From assembly GCA_021432655.1 (NCBI GenBank), contig MU271250.1, positions 62,001-122,723 on the forward strand: a DNA stretch of 60,723 nucleotides, read 5' to 3'. The position numbers and the translations under genes are program-made. This stretch comes from Atractiella rhizophila (lineage: Eukaryota). Positions 14,740-28,559 of this stretch are shown piece after piece; position 1 is the first letter of the stretch, and each line of letters opens with the position of its first letter. The notes below the pieces were generated by a model, which was not told where the DNA came from, did not search any database, and saw nothing but the letters and a program-made list of their open reading frames with translations.

Positions 14740-17700
14740 TTGATGGCGCCGCCTGCTCATTTTTACAACGCTCCTCCAGCGGGAATCGATCCTCTTTCCC
14801 CTGACTACCTCTTCACGCTCTACGCCGCCGAACTTCCTCTTCATCTCTCCAAACACGCTGTTTTTACTCAGGAGTCCATCGATACTTTCAGATCCTACCT
14901 TAAATCCCGCAAAATCCTTCCAGAAATCTATGGCCAATGGCTCAACATCCTAGCCTCAAAATTCTGCAATTCTTCGACACTCGAGCAGCTCACATTACTT
15001 GTGAAAGAGACGATTGAAGCGAGCGATAGGAACTTGGTCGGATGGGGAATGCAGACAATTCGGGTGCTGCTCAGATACCATTTCGAGCAGACGATTGACT
15101 TTCTCGGTGGAGTAGAAGGGGTTTCTACTCTCATTGACGCTCTGCCGGTCGTGGATGTCCGCAATATTTCCTATGCTATCAAGGAAGCAGCCACCCGCTC
15201 TGCTTCTTCGAAGAGCGAGGAATCCCGTATTTCCCGTCGCAACATCGTAGATTCAATTCTGGAACAGCTTCTCCCCTCTCATCTCTCGCGTGGCCCAAAA
15301 GATAACGAGCACAACAAACGCAACCTTTTTGAACAGTACCAGACCCTTCTGGTGGCTTCCAGACCAGAGCGAATCCACGAACTTTTGCCTAAAATTGCCA
15401 GTCATATCAGACCACACGTTTGGAAGGAACTTGTCCGGGAGCATCCGGCGACCATCGCTGAGTTCGTTCTCGAGCAGTTGGAGTGGGAAAGGACCAACAG
15501 GGTTCTGGCTATGCCTCGATTTTTGAAAGATGCCGTTTTCGAATTGGCGAGAGTGGACAGACGCGGGCCGGAACGCTTCGATGTTGAAGGATTGAAGGTG
15601 AATGCCCTGAGTTTCGCACCGTCTTTCGGGCTCTCCTTTCTCCATAAATGGTTGAATATGTTAGAAATAGCGAAAAAGGACAAGAAAGTGGTACCATGGG
15701 AGCGGATGGTCTTGGGTGACCAAGTGGGGTCCAACGTGGACAAATTGGTACATCTCATCTTTCAGTCCATATCGAGAGACTGGAAGGGGAACTACCTTGA
15801 CGACGAAGTTGCCGTCCTCGGTTGGGTGATCCAGAAGCTCGAAAAGCTTTTTGGGCTACTCCGTCATCAGAATTGGGTGGACCCATCAAGCAAGATCGGC
15901 CTCTTCCGTGTTTCCTTCAGTATTTGGGGACAGTCTTCATAGTCCGAACGCCGACAGAAAACCAGCGAACTATTTGCTGTCCTTCTGAAGCATGTTTATG
16001 CTCCTTCCTGTTTCCCACTCACTAGCACTCCTTCCCGGAATCAGATGTCGCTTTTGGACAGTCTTCCTCGTGACAAACGATTCGAAACACTTCGATTCAT
16101 CCACCTCCACCTTCCTCATCCCTATGCAAAGGATATACTTTCCCTTCCGTCTGCCTCGCTCACCTTGGAGCAACAGAAATCCGCCTCGATCGCTTGGTCA
16201 CCGACCATCCTTCTTAAGCTTTCCTCCACCGATGCCATAGGCTGCTTGGAGAGAAGCAGGAAATATTTGGCACAGGATAGCCTCAATATCAGCGATTCGT
16301 GGAACGCAGCCTTCCGCAGTATCCAGGAAGTGATACAACAAAATATGAAAGGAGACGTGGATTCTCTCGGGGTACTTTTGACAGAACTGCGGTTGAAGAC
16401 GGAGAAAAGCACAGAGGAATTGGTGAATCTGCTGTTGAAAAAGTTAAAGAACGAGGCGGATGCAACGAAGAGGGCCCAATACGCCAAAACACTGTTGAAT
16501 GCTTCAGCCTTTTCCGACAGGTGGGACATCTTTGAAAAGAATGTAAGATGGCTTTTGGAGAGATTTTTAAAAGACCAGGTTATCTTCTTTCTATGCTGCA
16601 GTCCAAAGTGATTTCTGACTGAGGAACACGCTGATAGGAAACGAGACTTGCCATTGTTCGGACACTACACCAAGGAACACTTTGCCCCGACATGCTTACT
16701 GGTATACCCCCTCACCAGAGGCACGCCCGTGTTACTTCGGCTGCTAATGAGAAACTCGATATTGATCCGGCGACAGTGGAAGCGGCTAATACCCTGCTTA
16801 GATTCATTTGCATCGACTTTTGCTCACGCTGTATCAAGGAAGCGAACTGGGACAACAGCGAATACCAATCAGGATTTATGAAGATCTTGCGGTCAGTTAT
16901 TGAATGCAGGGCTGCGTATGTCTCCAAATTCGCTAAATGTCCTGGCAAGAGCGAGAACGACATCAAAGGTTTGGCGAAAATCCTGTTGGAAGATATGATT
17001 CCTGTCCTCCTGGATTTTGAAAAGCTCAGGCTATTTGAATTTAGAAATCAGCTTGTTACCTCAAACTGGGGTGAACACTTTGACAATCAGCCGCTCGATA
17101 TCAACTTCACCTTTCGAGACGTCAGGACTTTACCTCACGTCCTGGAATTCTTTGATAAGCTCAATTCACGCCGCGATCCTTTGTGGAGGACAGCCAGACT
17201 TCGAATGCATAAAGATCTTTCCCCACTCCCTAATATCTTCCCTGTTGGTCTAGGACACTGTATTGTTTTAGAAACTTTCGACTGCTCTAGGTTGGAGGAT
17301 GGATCACAAGCCCATTTTGAGCTTGAGTGGACGCCGTGGATGAAGGACCTAGTAGAGCGGATTGTTTTTCAGACAGAGGAAGAGATTGAGCAAGAGCTTG
17401 AGAAAGACCAACTGGAGAAGCTCAACACGAATTCAGATGATTTTTGGCGCTTCATCAAGCTTTATTGTAGCTCCTCGAAAGATCCCGCTATCAGAGAACA
17501 GCGAATCATGAGAGTCCTTCAATACTGGTTCTACATGGAAAGTCCTCGAGAATTTGTGCAGCGAGATTTCAGGGTTGGATTGACAGAAAAGTTCATCAAG
17601 TGGCTTGTTTCCCACGATAACTGGGTCAAGAGGTGCTTCAGTCCACGGATTCTCAAGTTTCTCTTCGCAACACTGCCAGAGCTGCCAGTCGCAGGAAAAC

Positions 17701-20194
17701 CATTGACGGTGATTTCTCGGATCCCACAACTTCACTCCACAGATGCGATCAAAAGTCATCGACTATTACCCCTGAATGATGCATTCCCCCTGACGTGGCA
17801 GTACAGGTTTGGTCAAGTAAGTGCCTTACTTGTTCACCACGCAGACACTGAGAGCCGCCCATAAGTTGAGCGAATATTCGGTAATCGGCATGTTCTTCCC
17901 CTTTTCCCACCTCAGAGCTGTCTATGCAGCGAGTTTCGAAGTTAAAAAACTTCTGGCACTCGAATCATATCTCTTGCTGAAGATTTGTCTTCAAGAAGAC
18001 TATTCTGATTTTCAAGGATCAATTCCGGACCTAGGCGTCCAGCTCGTTTCTCCAGATAACCTTGTTCCCATGCTCAAAGGTGACCCCTTCTATCGCACAG
18101 TAACGAGGATTTTAGGCCAGTTTCATCATCTTTTGCCGGGAGGAAGCGATGACTATTGGAGGCTTCTGGAAGTCCTACTAGATCAGCAGGTTGAAAAGCT
18201 CAAACATGCAGAGGATTCATCTGGGGGAGGATCGTCTAGCAAATCGGCCGACGACAGGAATGGCGAGAGCTCAGACGTAAATAGTCGAAGAAGTAATCTG
18301 AAAGAAGGAACAGACGCTGGAGATGGTGTGGGTGAAGGGGTCGAGAGCGGACCAGAGGAAGCCGAGGGTAATTCAGTGGGCACAACGGGAACGGAGGAAG
18401 AAGACAAGCAGGCTGAAGTTCTCAGAGGTAATCTTTCATCAAATGTAAGGCTATGTTTTTTACAGTGGAATAGCTACGGCAACCCCGGAACTGTTGATCA
18501 GATTATTACGAGCGCTGGCCTTTTCACAATCGCCACAAAAATCTCTTCCAATCATAGCTAGAGTCCTGCGCGAATCTTGCTTTAGCTCCTGGCATCGCTG
18601 GGTTCTTACCCCAACGTTACTGGCCAGACTTCCTAGACAGGTCGCCGCGAAATTGATCAAAGACGTTTACTCCACGATGGAGGGGCAATGGACGATCCGC
18701 GGAAAGAAGAAGGACGAGCCGCTCGTGAAAATGTCGACCATCAAGTTCATTCCTCAGCTTCTCAAAGGCACTGCCGTCCTCCCTCCTCTATCCCTTCTTT
18801 CCTATTTCACGAAGCCCTCGCGCCTCATTGCACACTCTAGTTTATTCACAGCTTGTGCGACCGGATTCATGGACACGTTCTTGAAAAACCAAGACGTTGT
18901 AGGGAGTATTCAAGAAGTCTGGGATTCGTTCAACTACTTCGTTACGGTAGCTAGCAGGTTCAATGAGAACGTCCACGTTACCGAAAATGATTGGGAGGCG
19001 ATCTCAGCTGGCTCAAAAGCCCTCCCTGAATACAATGACTCAAGACCTGTATTTAACCTCTTGACGAGCTACCACCCCGTTAACCTGCCGGAAAGTCTAC
19101 TCAAGCCATGGGGTGACATTCTCTTTCAAATGTTTGCTCGCTCCGCAGAGAACAACAAGCGTTGGATGAAACAGTTTATAACAAAAAAAGGTGGTTCTGC
19201 TGCTCTGCAAGCACTCGAGTTCCCACCTATGTCAGCGCATACAGACCGCCTCAGTTCAGTCTTCGAAACTTGGTATCGCTACCTTCCTGTCGGATTTCTC
19301 AGCCTTGTGACAGCGGATCTGAAAGGAGGTCTTGTGCACAACACTCTCCAGCCTTTCACAAATAGCTTGACCGAGAGGGACGCAAAATGGAGATCGAACG
19401 CAGAAGGCAAGATCTGGAGTGCATGGGACACGCACTATGCTTCCGCTCCTGCCTCAAATTTTGCCTCATACCATTCAATACTTTTGCGAGACGACACGGA
19501 TGCTTCTGTTCTGCCCGCGATGATACACAACATGCTTCTCGATGTCGCTAAGAGCTACCTCGTGAACCAGTATTCGATCAAAGATCAACATCCACTGTCG
19601 ACCTTCAGGGCTATCCTCGGAACTCTTAGGCTCAAGTATTCAAAGAGCGACGACGGCGCGTGGTTCTCCCATTCGCGGCGGATGGTGTCCGAGCTAGCAG
19701 ATGTCGCAAAGTCATTGCCTTTACTACAACAACCAGTGTTTGTCGACACGTTTGATCTGAACCTCCTCCCTTTTCCACGCACAAAACCGTTTTCCGACAA
19801 TCCCCTTCCTTACGCAGTATTCGCACAAGAAGTATCCAAGCTATTTCAGCGAATAGTTTCTCAGCACTCGGGACGACACGTTTACTTCACGCGCGCGGTT
19901 GACTTTCTCTGCGAAAGCTCTTTGTATAAAGAACCCGCTGAAGACATCGCTCAGACTGACTTTTTCCCATTCATTGAAGCGCTTCTGATTGTCTCGGAGA
20001 AGGATGAGGCACAAGTGAAAGCCGGTCTTTCACATATTGTCTCGAATCTGCTAGTGTCTAACAGCACTACTTGGAAGGATGATGAAGGCAACAAATGGGT
20101 GACAAGGAAGGTGCTGGAGAAATGGGAAGAAAATGAAGACGAACTGCTAAGGGAACTGGCTTGGAGTGTGAAAGGGAGGAAATTCACGAGATGA
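14740..20194 (+). CDS. Large (~1700 aa) alpha-helical hypothetical protein with an in-frame TAG at 15940-15942 (possible recent pseudogene)
   Basis: ORFs 14740-15942, 16045-16611, 16692-17864, 17821-18561 and 18494-20194; the last four are linked by three GT..AG introns, while the first two share a frame and are separated by one TAG. Confidence 0.65.
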
Positions 20195-21047
20195 TCCCAG
20201 CAGAACTGCCTCTCTGATGTGCGCAGGAATGGATGCATGGCGTGGAATAAGGGTGTGTTGTAACAAAAGACTTATTAAACTGCATTGATAAGAAATATGT
20301 TTGATTCAATCCTTCACATGTTGAGACTCCGGGTTCAGAGATGTGTCCCGTCCATGCGAGTCCATGCGAAGTGTTCTGAGTCGTCCGTCCATGTTCAACA
20401 TTCACCTGAGGCAGGCCTTCAGCCTTAGCTTCTACGTCCTGTTCAACGTCCACTCAACGACCAAGAACTTGTTCCGTTGTGGATCGAGTATCTCATTCCA
20501 TTCGAAGCCATTCGACATTCACAACCAGCACTAGTTAGTCACGACCATAGTACTGCTGGGGAGCCAGGCATTTGCGGAGTTTACGCTCACGCCTGCTTGA
20601 CCTTTTACGACCTCCTCCTTCGGGAGCGGCAAACCCCGGGACTTGACCGACATTGAGATCGTTGAGACCTCTCAATACTCCGAGAAAGATGCTTGGTTAT
20701 GATGCACAATTTTAGCCTCTCCTGCTAATACCGGTATTCTCCAGCCGGCTGATAACTACATTCTCACAACGGAGCTTGCCTTTATCGTCTCTCTATTTAC
20801 CTTGAGGAGCAAGGAACAATGGCAAGTTTAGAGTCATAGCCCTTTCAAGGCGACAGACTTCACGGCTGCGCTATACTTTTAGGCCCCTCACTGCCAAGAC
20901 AGATGCCCTCTTGAAGTAATTTCGATCGAGTCAGAGAGGGTCCGACGTTGTCTCTTCTTCATAACTTTGGATGTTGGATGGGATGTTTGTGCCTTCCAAC
21001 TCCAAACCGACGCCCACTTCACATCGGAGAAGTTCAATCTGTTATAA

Positions 21048-22812
21048 ATGATGTGGCAATCTACATCGACAGGGGAATACACACGCCGTCTTTCGGAACA
21101 AGAGCTAGGTTTCCACTACGACTCGTTCGTCAACCGCACCGCAGATTTCTCTTGCACTTGCCAAGTTATCACAACTTCGGAACCTGCAGTCTTTACTCCT
21201 TCAACTGTTGAGCGTGCGTGGCGAGCGGTCAAAATTCAACACCCGCTCATTGCGGCTGAGATCACTAACGCAGGTCTCGAAGAAGGTGGATACATATTCC
21301 GAATTTCAGAGCGGCGCGTACTTTCCCCGATAGAGATGCAAGTTCGTTGGATGGACCTTCCAGAAGACCTAAAAAATGCTGATTTTGAAAGAACTCACGC
21401 GTATTTTCAGAAGCGATTTTTACAAAGAGAAGAGCACCTATCTCCATCTTTACTCTCCCAACTATGGATCTTCTCCCATCCTGGATGCGATGGCGAATCG
21501 TCGCGGGAGCGGAGATATACCCTCTGTTTCCTACTCGCTCATTCCATAGGAGACATTTCTTCCGCCTTCACCCTCCAGCGTACCTTCTTGGACGTACTCG
21601 CTCTATGCCATACCAATCGGTTAAAGGAAGAGGAAGAATGGACTGCCAAATTGCAATCTGTCGAGAGTATGCTTTACTTTCGGCCGTCTTCATCAGCAAT
21701 AGTGCAGCGGTGGAAGAAAGCGGCAGCGCATATAATTCTAATGCGTCGTCGGGCTGGATTGATAGTTCGTCTTCTGCTGGTTACTGTCGACAAGGCTCTT
21801 AGTAGGGGAATAGGGAGGTCAAACGCTTCCTACTCTACCAAATCCTTCCCATCGTCTGGTACTTCCAACATATCTTGCTTCACCTTGTCATTTGTTCACG
21901 CCGTCCGAGACCTTTCAAATCCTTCGAAAGTGTAAACTCCTCTCAGCTCGGTGGAACCAAGTGCTATGCATTCTTGGCTCTGTCGCCCAGGCCAAAATTC
22001 TCATCCGCTTATTCCGTTCAGGGCAGATATCTAAACGAGAACTGGATTGGAGGTTGCTACAACCTTGCTGGTTCGCGGGTCCTGCCAGTGTCAGGGAGAA
22101 AGGCGAGGGAGAGGTAAAGCTCGCCATGAGCTTCTACGTCATCTCGACTCCTGGGCTTCCTCGACCGATTCCCCTCCTTCAGGACGAGGAAAGTCGGGGA
22201 GAGATAGGATGGGACGACATCCTTTCAAAAAGCCGCTTTGCACTAAGATGTCGAATTGCGCAGTCCAAATTGGCAGCGCATTTGGGACATCCCCTGGCCG
22301 CTGAAATTGGGAAGTTGTGGTGGGATGGCCGCTTGGGTGGGACTAAAGCATGGATGGAGGAGTGTGTTTCTTACTCCTCCGTTTCGTTATCGGAAAGGAC
22401 GGAAGAGGAAGAGGAAGACGTAGCTCAGCGATGGAGTGGGGGGAAGGTACCAAAGGACCTCAGGGATCTAAACTCTCCGTCTCCTTTTATCTTCACCAGT
22501 GGTGGTTCCTCTTGGGGGGATATTACGCGAATGGTTCCGCGGTCTTTCCCCTGTCAGCCACTGGACCAACATCGGACAGTCGCTTCGCAGGGCGAGATAA
22601 TCACGCTAGATCGGTCCACTGTACGATCTGATTTGAGATTGAGGCACGGAGAATTTTACCTTGGCTCTCATACACTCGATGGAGTGTTAAAGATATGGGT
22701 GAAGTTTGACGCGAATGTATGGGCGCTAGAGATGATCAAGGAGTGGCTGGAGGAGATTGTGGACGCGGCAAAGTGGTACTTGGAGTTGACTGACTTCTGT
22801 TTGCCAAACTGA
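21048..22812 (+). CDS. CoA-dependent acyltransferase (alcohol acetyltransferase / condensation-like fold)
   Basis: AWRAVKIQHPLIAA motif, catalytic HxxxD (LAHSIGD), C-terminal GEFYLGSHT..LKIWVKFD; one intron ~21764-21812 joins ORFs 21048-21935 and 21892-22812. Confidence 0.75.
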
Positions 22813-22951
22813 GAATGGCCTGTGCACGTTCATTATGGATAGACAAATAGACACAGACAAATATAGACAAGGATGTGCACACATTCACAAAGTACGACAG
22901 GGGTCCGTTGATTTCTTTTCAAAAAAATTCATAGTCCATATAGCGCAGAGT

Positions 22952-25092
22952 TCATTGCCCAGCCAATACCTCACAGATTTCGAACCACGTCCCTCCCGCT
23001 CCTTGATTTGCAAGCTTTACCTCCTCCTGCCTCCGAAACGGCACATCAACGTTCCGAACCCAGACTGCTTAAAGGGAGAAAAGCAGCTGCTCACCCAATG
23101 GATCTTGAGATATTCTATCATTTCCCGTCTGATTTCTGCCCTCTCCCCCTTCCCACCGGATGCCCAACCCATCAGTTCTTCTACCACGGTTGTCGTGGTC
23201 AGAGCATTGATGACGGCAGCTTTTGCGGCATCTTTCAGTCCCGGAACATCGTATTCTACCAATGGGCTTGATTAACTCGAGCGGAAGAAGACGAGTCAGA
23301 AGGAATAACACACCCACAGCGAGACAGTATACCTCTTTCGCGTCTTCAGGAGAAAGAGAAACTTGTCGAACGTAGAGGTAGCGTACAAGCGACCAGAAAG
23401 AACAGTAGGATGTCCTCTCGATGGAACGCTCGTCGTACTGTTTCGACGTCCGTAATGAAAGCGGAGATGTATGATGATTACTGTCCCTCTCCTTGCCCTT
23501 CCCGAGCGCACCAGGCAACCTCAGCAATCTCTCGTACTGTAACGAGGAGGAAGGAATGGACATACCGTTGGATGACCGGGCTTGGGGATCGGTGTTGGCA
23601 CAGGAGAAACCATACCTGAAGTCATGAGTGGTGGAGAAGCGAGACTCCTCACGCCTTCCAGTATGCGTCCCACTCCGTCACTCCCTTCTCGCCAACTGTC
23701 TCCATCCAGTTGATCGAGGCCCAAATGCGAAACATGTCGGAAAGTACTGATGTCAGGCCTAGAAATGAGGTCCTTGGATGCTCGTCTCTTCTCTCGTGGC
23801 GGATCAGGTTTAGAGAGCACTACCCTCACAAGAGTAAATTAGGATTAGATAATTGAAGGAAGAACTGAGAAGACGTACTGGTGCCGAACCTGGTGTTCGC
23901 GATGGAAAGGACAGAAGTATGCGCAAATAGCCGCTTCTGCTCATTCGTCCCTTTGTTGAACACGAAAACGACATCTGCGGTGGTAGGATCGTCGAATAGA
24001 GTGTCCAGAACTTGCTGCCTTTCTTCTGACAAATCTTCTGCCTCCAGTCTAGCACGCTGATGCTCAACTACCTCAGTGAGAGATGGAGATGTGGGAAGCG
24101 GGAAAGATTGAACGGCGACAACGAGCGTGCAGCCCTATTTATTTGGAAGGCATTGGTGATGTCAGCATTCTGTACAAAGCGTGCAGCATGGAACAACGTC
24201 CAATGCCCAGGAAAACCGCGCCTATCAGGGACCCTCGCCTTTAAGTTACTTGGAGTTACTTCTGATATAAAGATGACTCTCGTTCTCAGCGCATATCCAG
24301 ACTTTCGTGAGTGAGAAGAGGCTGCAACTATGAAAGTATCACAGGAAGAGAACGAACAGCGAGTGGAATAGAAGCGGTCTCTGGTCCTTAAGAAGAAGAC
24401 AAGAGAAAGCCGACATACCTCTGCCCCCAACACCTCTCTGCGCGCCTCCCAAGCCTTCCGCGTCCACCAAAATTCACCCAACCTTCCCTTCCTATCTCCC
24501 GCGGCCTGGAATTCATGTCGATGGTACGGCTCCGGTTCCAGATCCATGCCCGTTGGCTGGAGTAGAGGGTTTAGGCCCAGGTATAACTGTCCGCATCGGG
24601 GTATACCAAGTTAGACGCTTTTGGAGACGGCAGGGACGGTTGACATACAGACATGCCAACATGAATGTTGCCGGTTGGTGATGCTGAGGGCGAGGGCAAG
24701 AGGGAGGTGTTCTTGGCGCTTGCGTCGGAGTCGTTGTATAGAAGCCAGCGGATGCGCTCGTCCTCCTGTATTATCCTCACCTGTACCATGCACCTTCATC
24801 AAACTGACAGGTCAATGCAAAAAGATTTACCCGAAAGCGATTGAAGAACAGGCGAGACTTGAGTCTCCCACCTTGTATCAGTAACTGTGCTGAGCTGGAC
24901 TTGGGAGTGGATGTAGAGATGCTCGCGGTGGAGCTGGCGGAAGGGGAGGACGGAAGGGGTGGAGAGAAGGTGGAGAGAAGGGACGGGGTGAGCGCCCAGC
25001 GGAAGGTAACCTGTTATAGCTTCAGTTAGGATGGTTTCATGCTCAATACACCATGGGATGGAACTTACAGACCAATTCTCGTCAACGTCCAT
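22952..25092 (-). CDS. BTB/POZ-domain protein with an internal CRIB motif; 5' exons uncertain
   Basis: BTB N-half LFDDPTTADVVFVF..KRLFAHTSVLSIANTRF; C-half IERTSYCSFWSLVRYLY..EVYCLA/EYDVPGLKDAA; ISRPDISTFRHVSHLG lies between them; stop after EICEVLAGQ at 22952. Confidence 0.7.
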
Positions 25093-27170
25093 GATTCTCT
25101 CTTCCACCAGTTGTCTTCGTCAATGTGGGATGGACTAGATGCTAAGGGATGGAGGTGAGCTGAGGTAAAGGATAAAGAGGTTATATAAATCCAAGGTGCC
25201 TAAGGAGGACGGAAAGGGGGTTAGAGATATTACCTATCATCACGATTAATACTATGACACAACATCGTCATCACCTCGCCTCTTTTTCGCATTGCGCCGC
25301 ATTCTTTACATCTGACCGCATTGCAGCCACTTTGCCCTTCCGATGCAATGATCCCTATCTAGTCCTTTAACACTACTCCCATGAACGAGGCAGCTGGAGA
25401 ATGGGAGCTGAATCATCATAACTTGAACTCTACCCGATAACATTAATGTGATTGCTTCTGCTCCTTGAAGTACTTTTACTGTAATAATTAGGGGGAATAT
25501 TTACAGCATAGGGGTTGTGGGTCTTGAGTCGGGCATCGAGTCTGATTTTCTCTGGCACCTGATCACCATAAGCCATATGACCATTGTTCTGGCATAGTCC
25601 AAATGGTTGGAGGTTACCCGACTATATCCTTACAGGTCCCTCGCAGTGGTGCTTACTTGCATCCTTCAACCGATCCCGACCAACCGTCGCCAGACACAGT
25701 TTTCAAGGCAAAATGTACTCTCACTCTATCAAAGGCAAGGCGAGAGCATCCATCATTCACAATCACCCCAACCATAATCAAGGGAGACAGGACAATGCCT
25801 GAGATTGTTATTACTGTGAAGGGTTATGGCAAGGTGGCGGTGGATAATTGTGCAGTCTTCTTCCTCGCAAACGGTGCAGACGTGTTGACAGAGGCGTAGA
25901 TGTCGAAGAATGGATGTCGATAGACAAAGAAGTGTGCTTGCCTAAAAGCTCAGAAGTATTAACGGTAGGGGAACACATCTAACATTTTTCTTTCGGTACT
26001 TGCCCGCTTTCCTATTCATGGACGTGAACTATCCAGCTTCGAATTCTCATTTATCATTCCTGCTAGTTCCTTGCCATACGATCGTGGACAATATGGAAGA
26101 GTTTATCAGAAGCTTTCAGCAATCGTGAAAGGCGTCGGAGTCCTCAACTCAAACATCAGCTGTCATAAGCCATTATAATTCGTCATCAATCCGACACCGG
26201 AGAACAGCACACCAGCTGGCTTGGGCTGGAACTGCAGCATGTGCATGAGGATGTCGGTGTGTGTCGAGCTCATCCTAATACCCGTGAACTGACTGCCTGT
26301 GGCATGAGGTAGCTGTACATGGTCAGCGCAACATCTCGCAATGTGATGGTATCAGGGATAATTGTTGTCGGATTCTCTCTCGTTTCCCCTCCTTCGAAGC
26401 TTCACATCTACTTCATCACTGGAGCATAGTTCAAAGTTATCACCTAAAGTTCCCAAAAAGCGGACGAGAATATCGATCGCCGCCGCAAAAGCGTGTAATC
26501 TGGAGGGAGCATAAAGAACAATTGGCGCTCCTACTTCAAAGGAGCCGTATAAGACTCTCGAGGTCGTAGAACAGTTTGTTCTCATTGACAAAAAGCGCTT
26601 ACCGGACGACAACAAAATCCCGGCGTCGACATTTCCGGGCACTGAAACGCCAATAAATGTCAGTCATCACATCCCCTTCGAATGTAATTTTGCGGTGGAG
26701 GGTCAGGAGCGGAAAGTGTTGGAAGTGCGACGACCCTGGACATTTCTTTGGTGCGCAGTTCTTCTCCCAAGTCAACGCTGGCTCAGCACTGATTGATCTC
26801 ATTGTTCTATCGTCCTCAGCGACTCCGTCCTTCTTCCCGCGTCCCAGGAAGACAAAGCCGCTCTTCCGTTGGAAGATGCCGGCTTATGTCTCCTCGATGA
26901 GCGTATGTTCCGTCCTCAAACATTACTTACACTGAATGGTTCTATCTGGGTGTGATGGGGAAAATGTACAGACATGAGGTCGAACCATGCATGATGTGGA
27001 TATGGGAGCCTCACCGCGAGCCATGCCGAAAATATGAGTATGAATGCTTCTGCTCGTCTTCGTCATAACTAGTCTGTTCGTGTTCTTTGCGCCGCAGCGT
27101 TCGAGCCTTCATAACTTAAACAGATCAAGGAATCTTGTTTTCATTGAATTTTACACGTATTACACGAATA

Positions 27171-28559
27171 TCATTGCCTAGGCTGATTAGGATCATCAAG
27201 TATAGAAAAGAACTCTCCATCATTATCTTCCGTTAAAGGTTTCTGGCTATTTTTCACCCAATGATCCAGCAAGATTGAAATATGATTCGGGTCATTCTTA
27301 CCCCTAGCAATAGACATGTGAAATTTGTCAAAGTTCCAATCCACAGTATATCGAATGCTGGTAGAGTTTCGAAAGTACACCTTACCGTCTTCCGCAAGCT
27401 GGAGGTACAGGAAAATCCATTCTCGCCCAGATGACAAACAACCTCGAATGATTGATACTCTAAAAATCCGGACGATTAGCATCGAAATGAGCTCGGAAAT
27501 CTTGAAACATGACGGACCCAAATTGTTGAGCACACGCATAAAGTTCTAGCTGCGCCTGAGGTAGGTGGTTAACCAGCTTGGTGTCCAGTGTCTTCGCTTC
27601 GAGGACGAAAAATGCAACGGATTTCGGACAGGCACCTTTCAGATTGTCGATTTTGAGAGAAGTACCACTTGTCAAATTTGGTATAACTTAAGAAGAGAAT
27701 AGTAAGTAATTTGGTCATTAGCCCTTATCTTAGTAATGAGAAACATACACGAAGTTTTGGCTTTTATTGAACTCAAGATAATAGTGTAATCTATGTAACC
27801 GTGAACGTTGAAAGGCTTCTGGTGAACAGCCTCTATAGACAATGCCTGACTGTGCATTTCCAAACTGAACATTGTATAGTGGTCGTTGGGACACATGGCG
27901 TGTAGGCGAAATAGAAATGCGTCAATGCGCACCCGAGAAGCTGCTTCGTTCTATGTGACAAGTGCTGAGTAATAGACACGGGGGAGATGTGAAACGGTTA
28001 CAATCGGTGGAACAGAATTCTCAATCATGGTGAGGTGCATTAAAAACTGTTCCGACGACATGTATGCCTGGTTATTCGACGAGGCCACTTTTGTGTCAAT
28101 AATCGATTGGTCTAGATTTTTGGAGCCGAAGGTTAACCCAGTTTTGAGCCCGAGGTAGGTGGCAACCATGTCCTCCTTCGCACAGGAGAACGAGATGTCC
28201 TAATGAACGCGTAAACCGTCAGAGATAAGCCAAATGGAGCATGGAGATAGACGTGGTTGAATGGTACTACGGAGCCACCCAGAACTTACTCAGCGAAGAG
28301 GACATACCTTGCGCGACCCCATTTTCTTACCAAGGTCATCTCGAAGACATGTCAGCCTCTCCAAAAAAGCGTTTTTGGTTTTCACATCAACGTCGCTATC
28401 GTCCAATTCTTCATTTGTTGGGCATGTCAGGAAGATCCCCAAGGCTTGGTCGAGAGCGGTGTAAGTTTGGAACAACTGAACGCCGGTTAATCCAGATGGA
28501 ATTTTGCGCTTCTTGCCTCGCGGAAGAGATGGTGCTGAGGATTGATTTTCGGCGGACAT
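27171..28559 (-). CDS. PD-(D/E)XK restriction-endonuclease-fold protein (Crinkler-associated REase-like)
   Basis: Spliced exons give NEAASRVRIDAFLFR..E..GYIDY..FFVLEAK..HLPQAQLELYACAQ..IRGCLSSGREWIF, matching the E...D...ExK...Q pattern of CR-REase domains; ATG at 28559. Confidence 0.65.

Noticed and set aside
20570..20650. Structured ncRNA (CTCC-TTCG-GGAG-type hairpin)
   Set aside because: A single short hairpin with no tRNA or snRNA hallmarks.
27060..27105. Second Helitron 3' end (CTAGT on the minus strand)
   Set aside because: The upstream hairpin is weak, and CTAG alone is not diagnostic.
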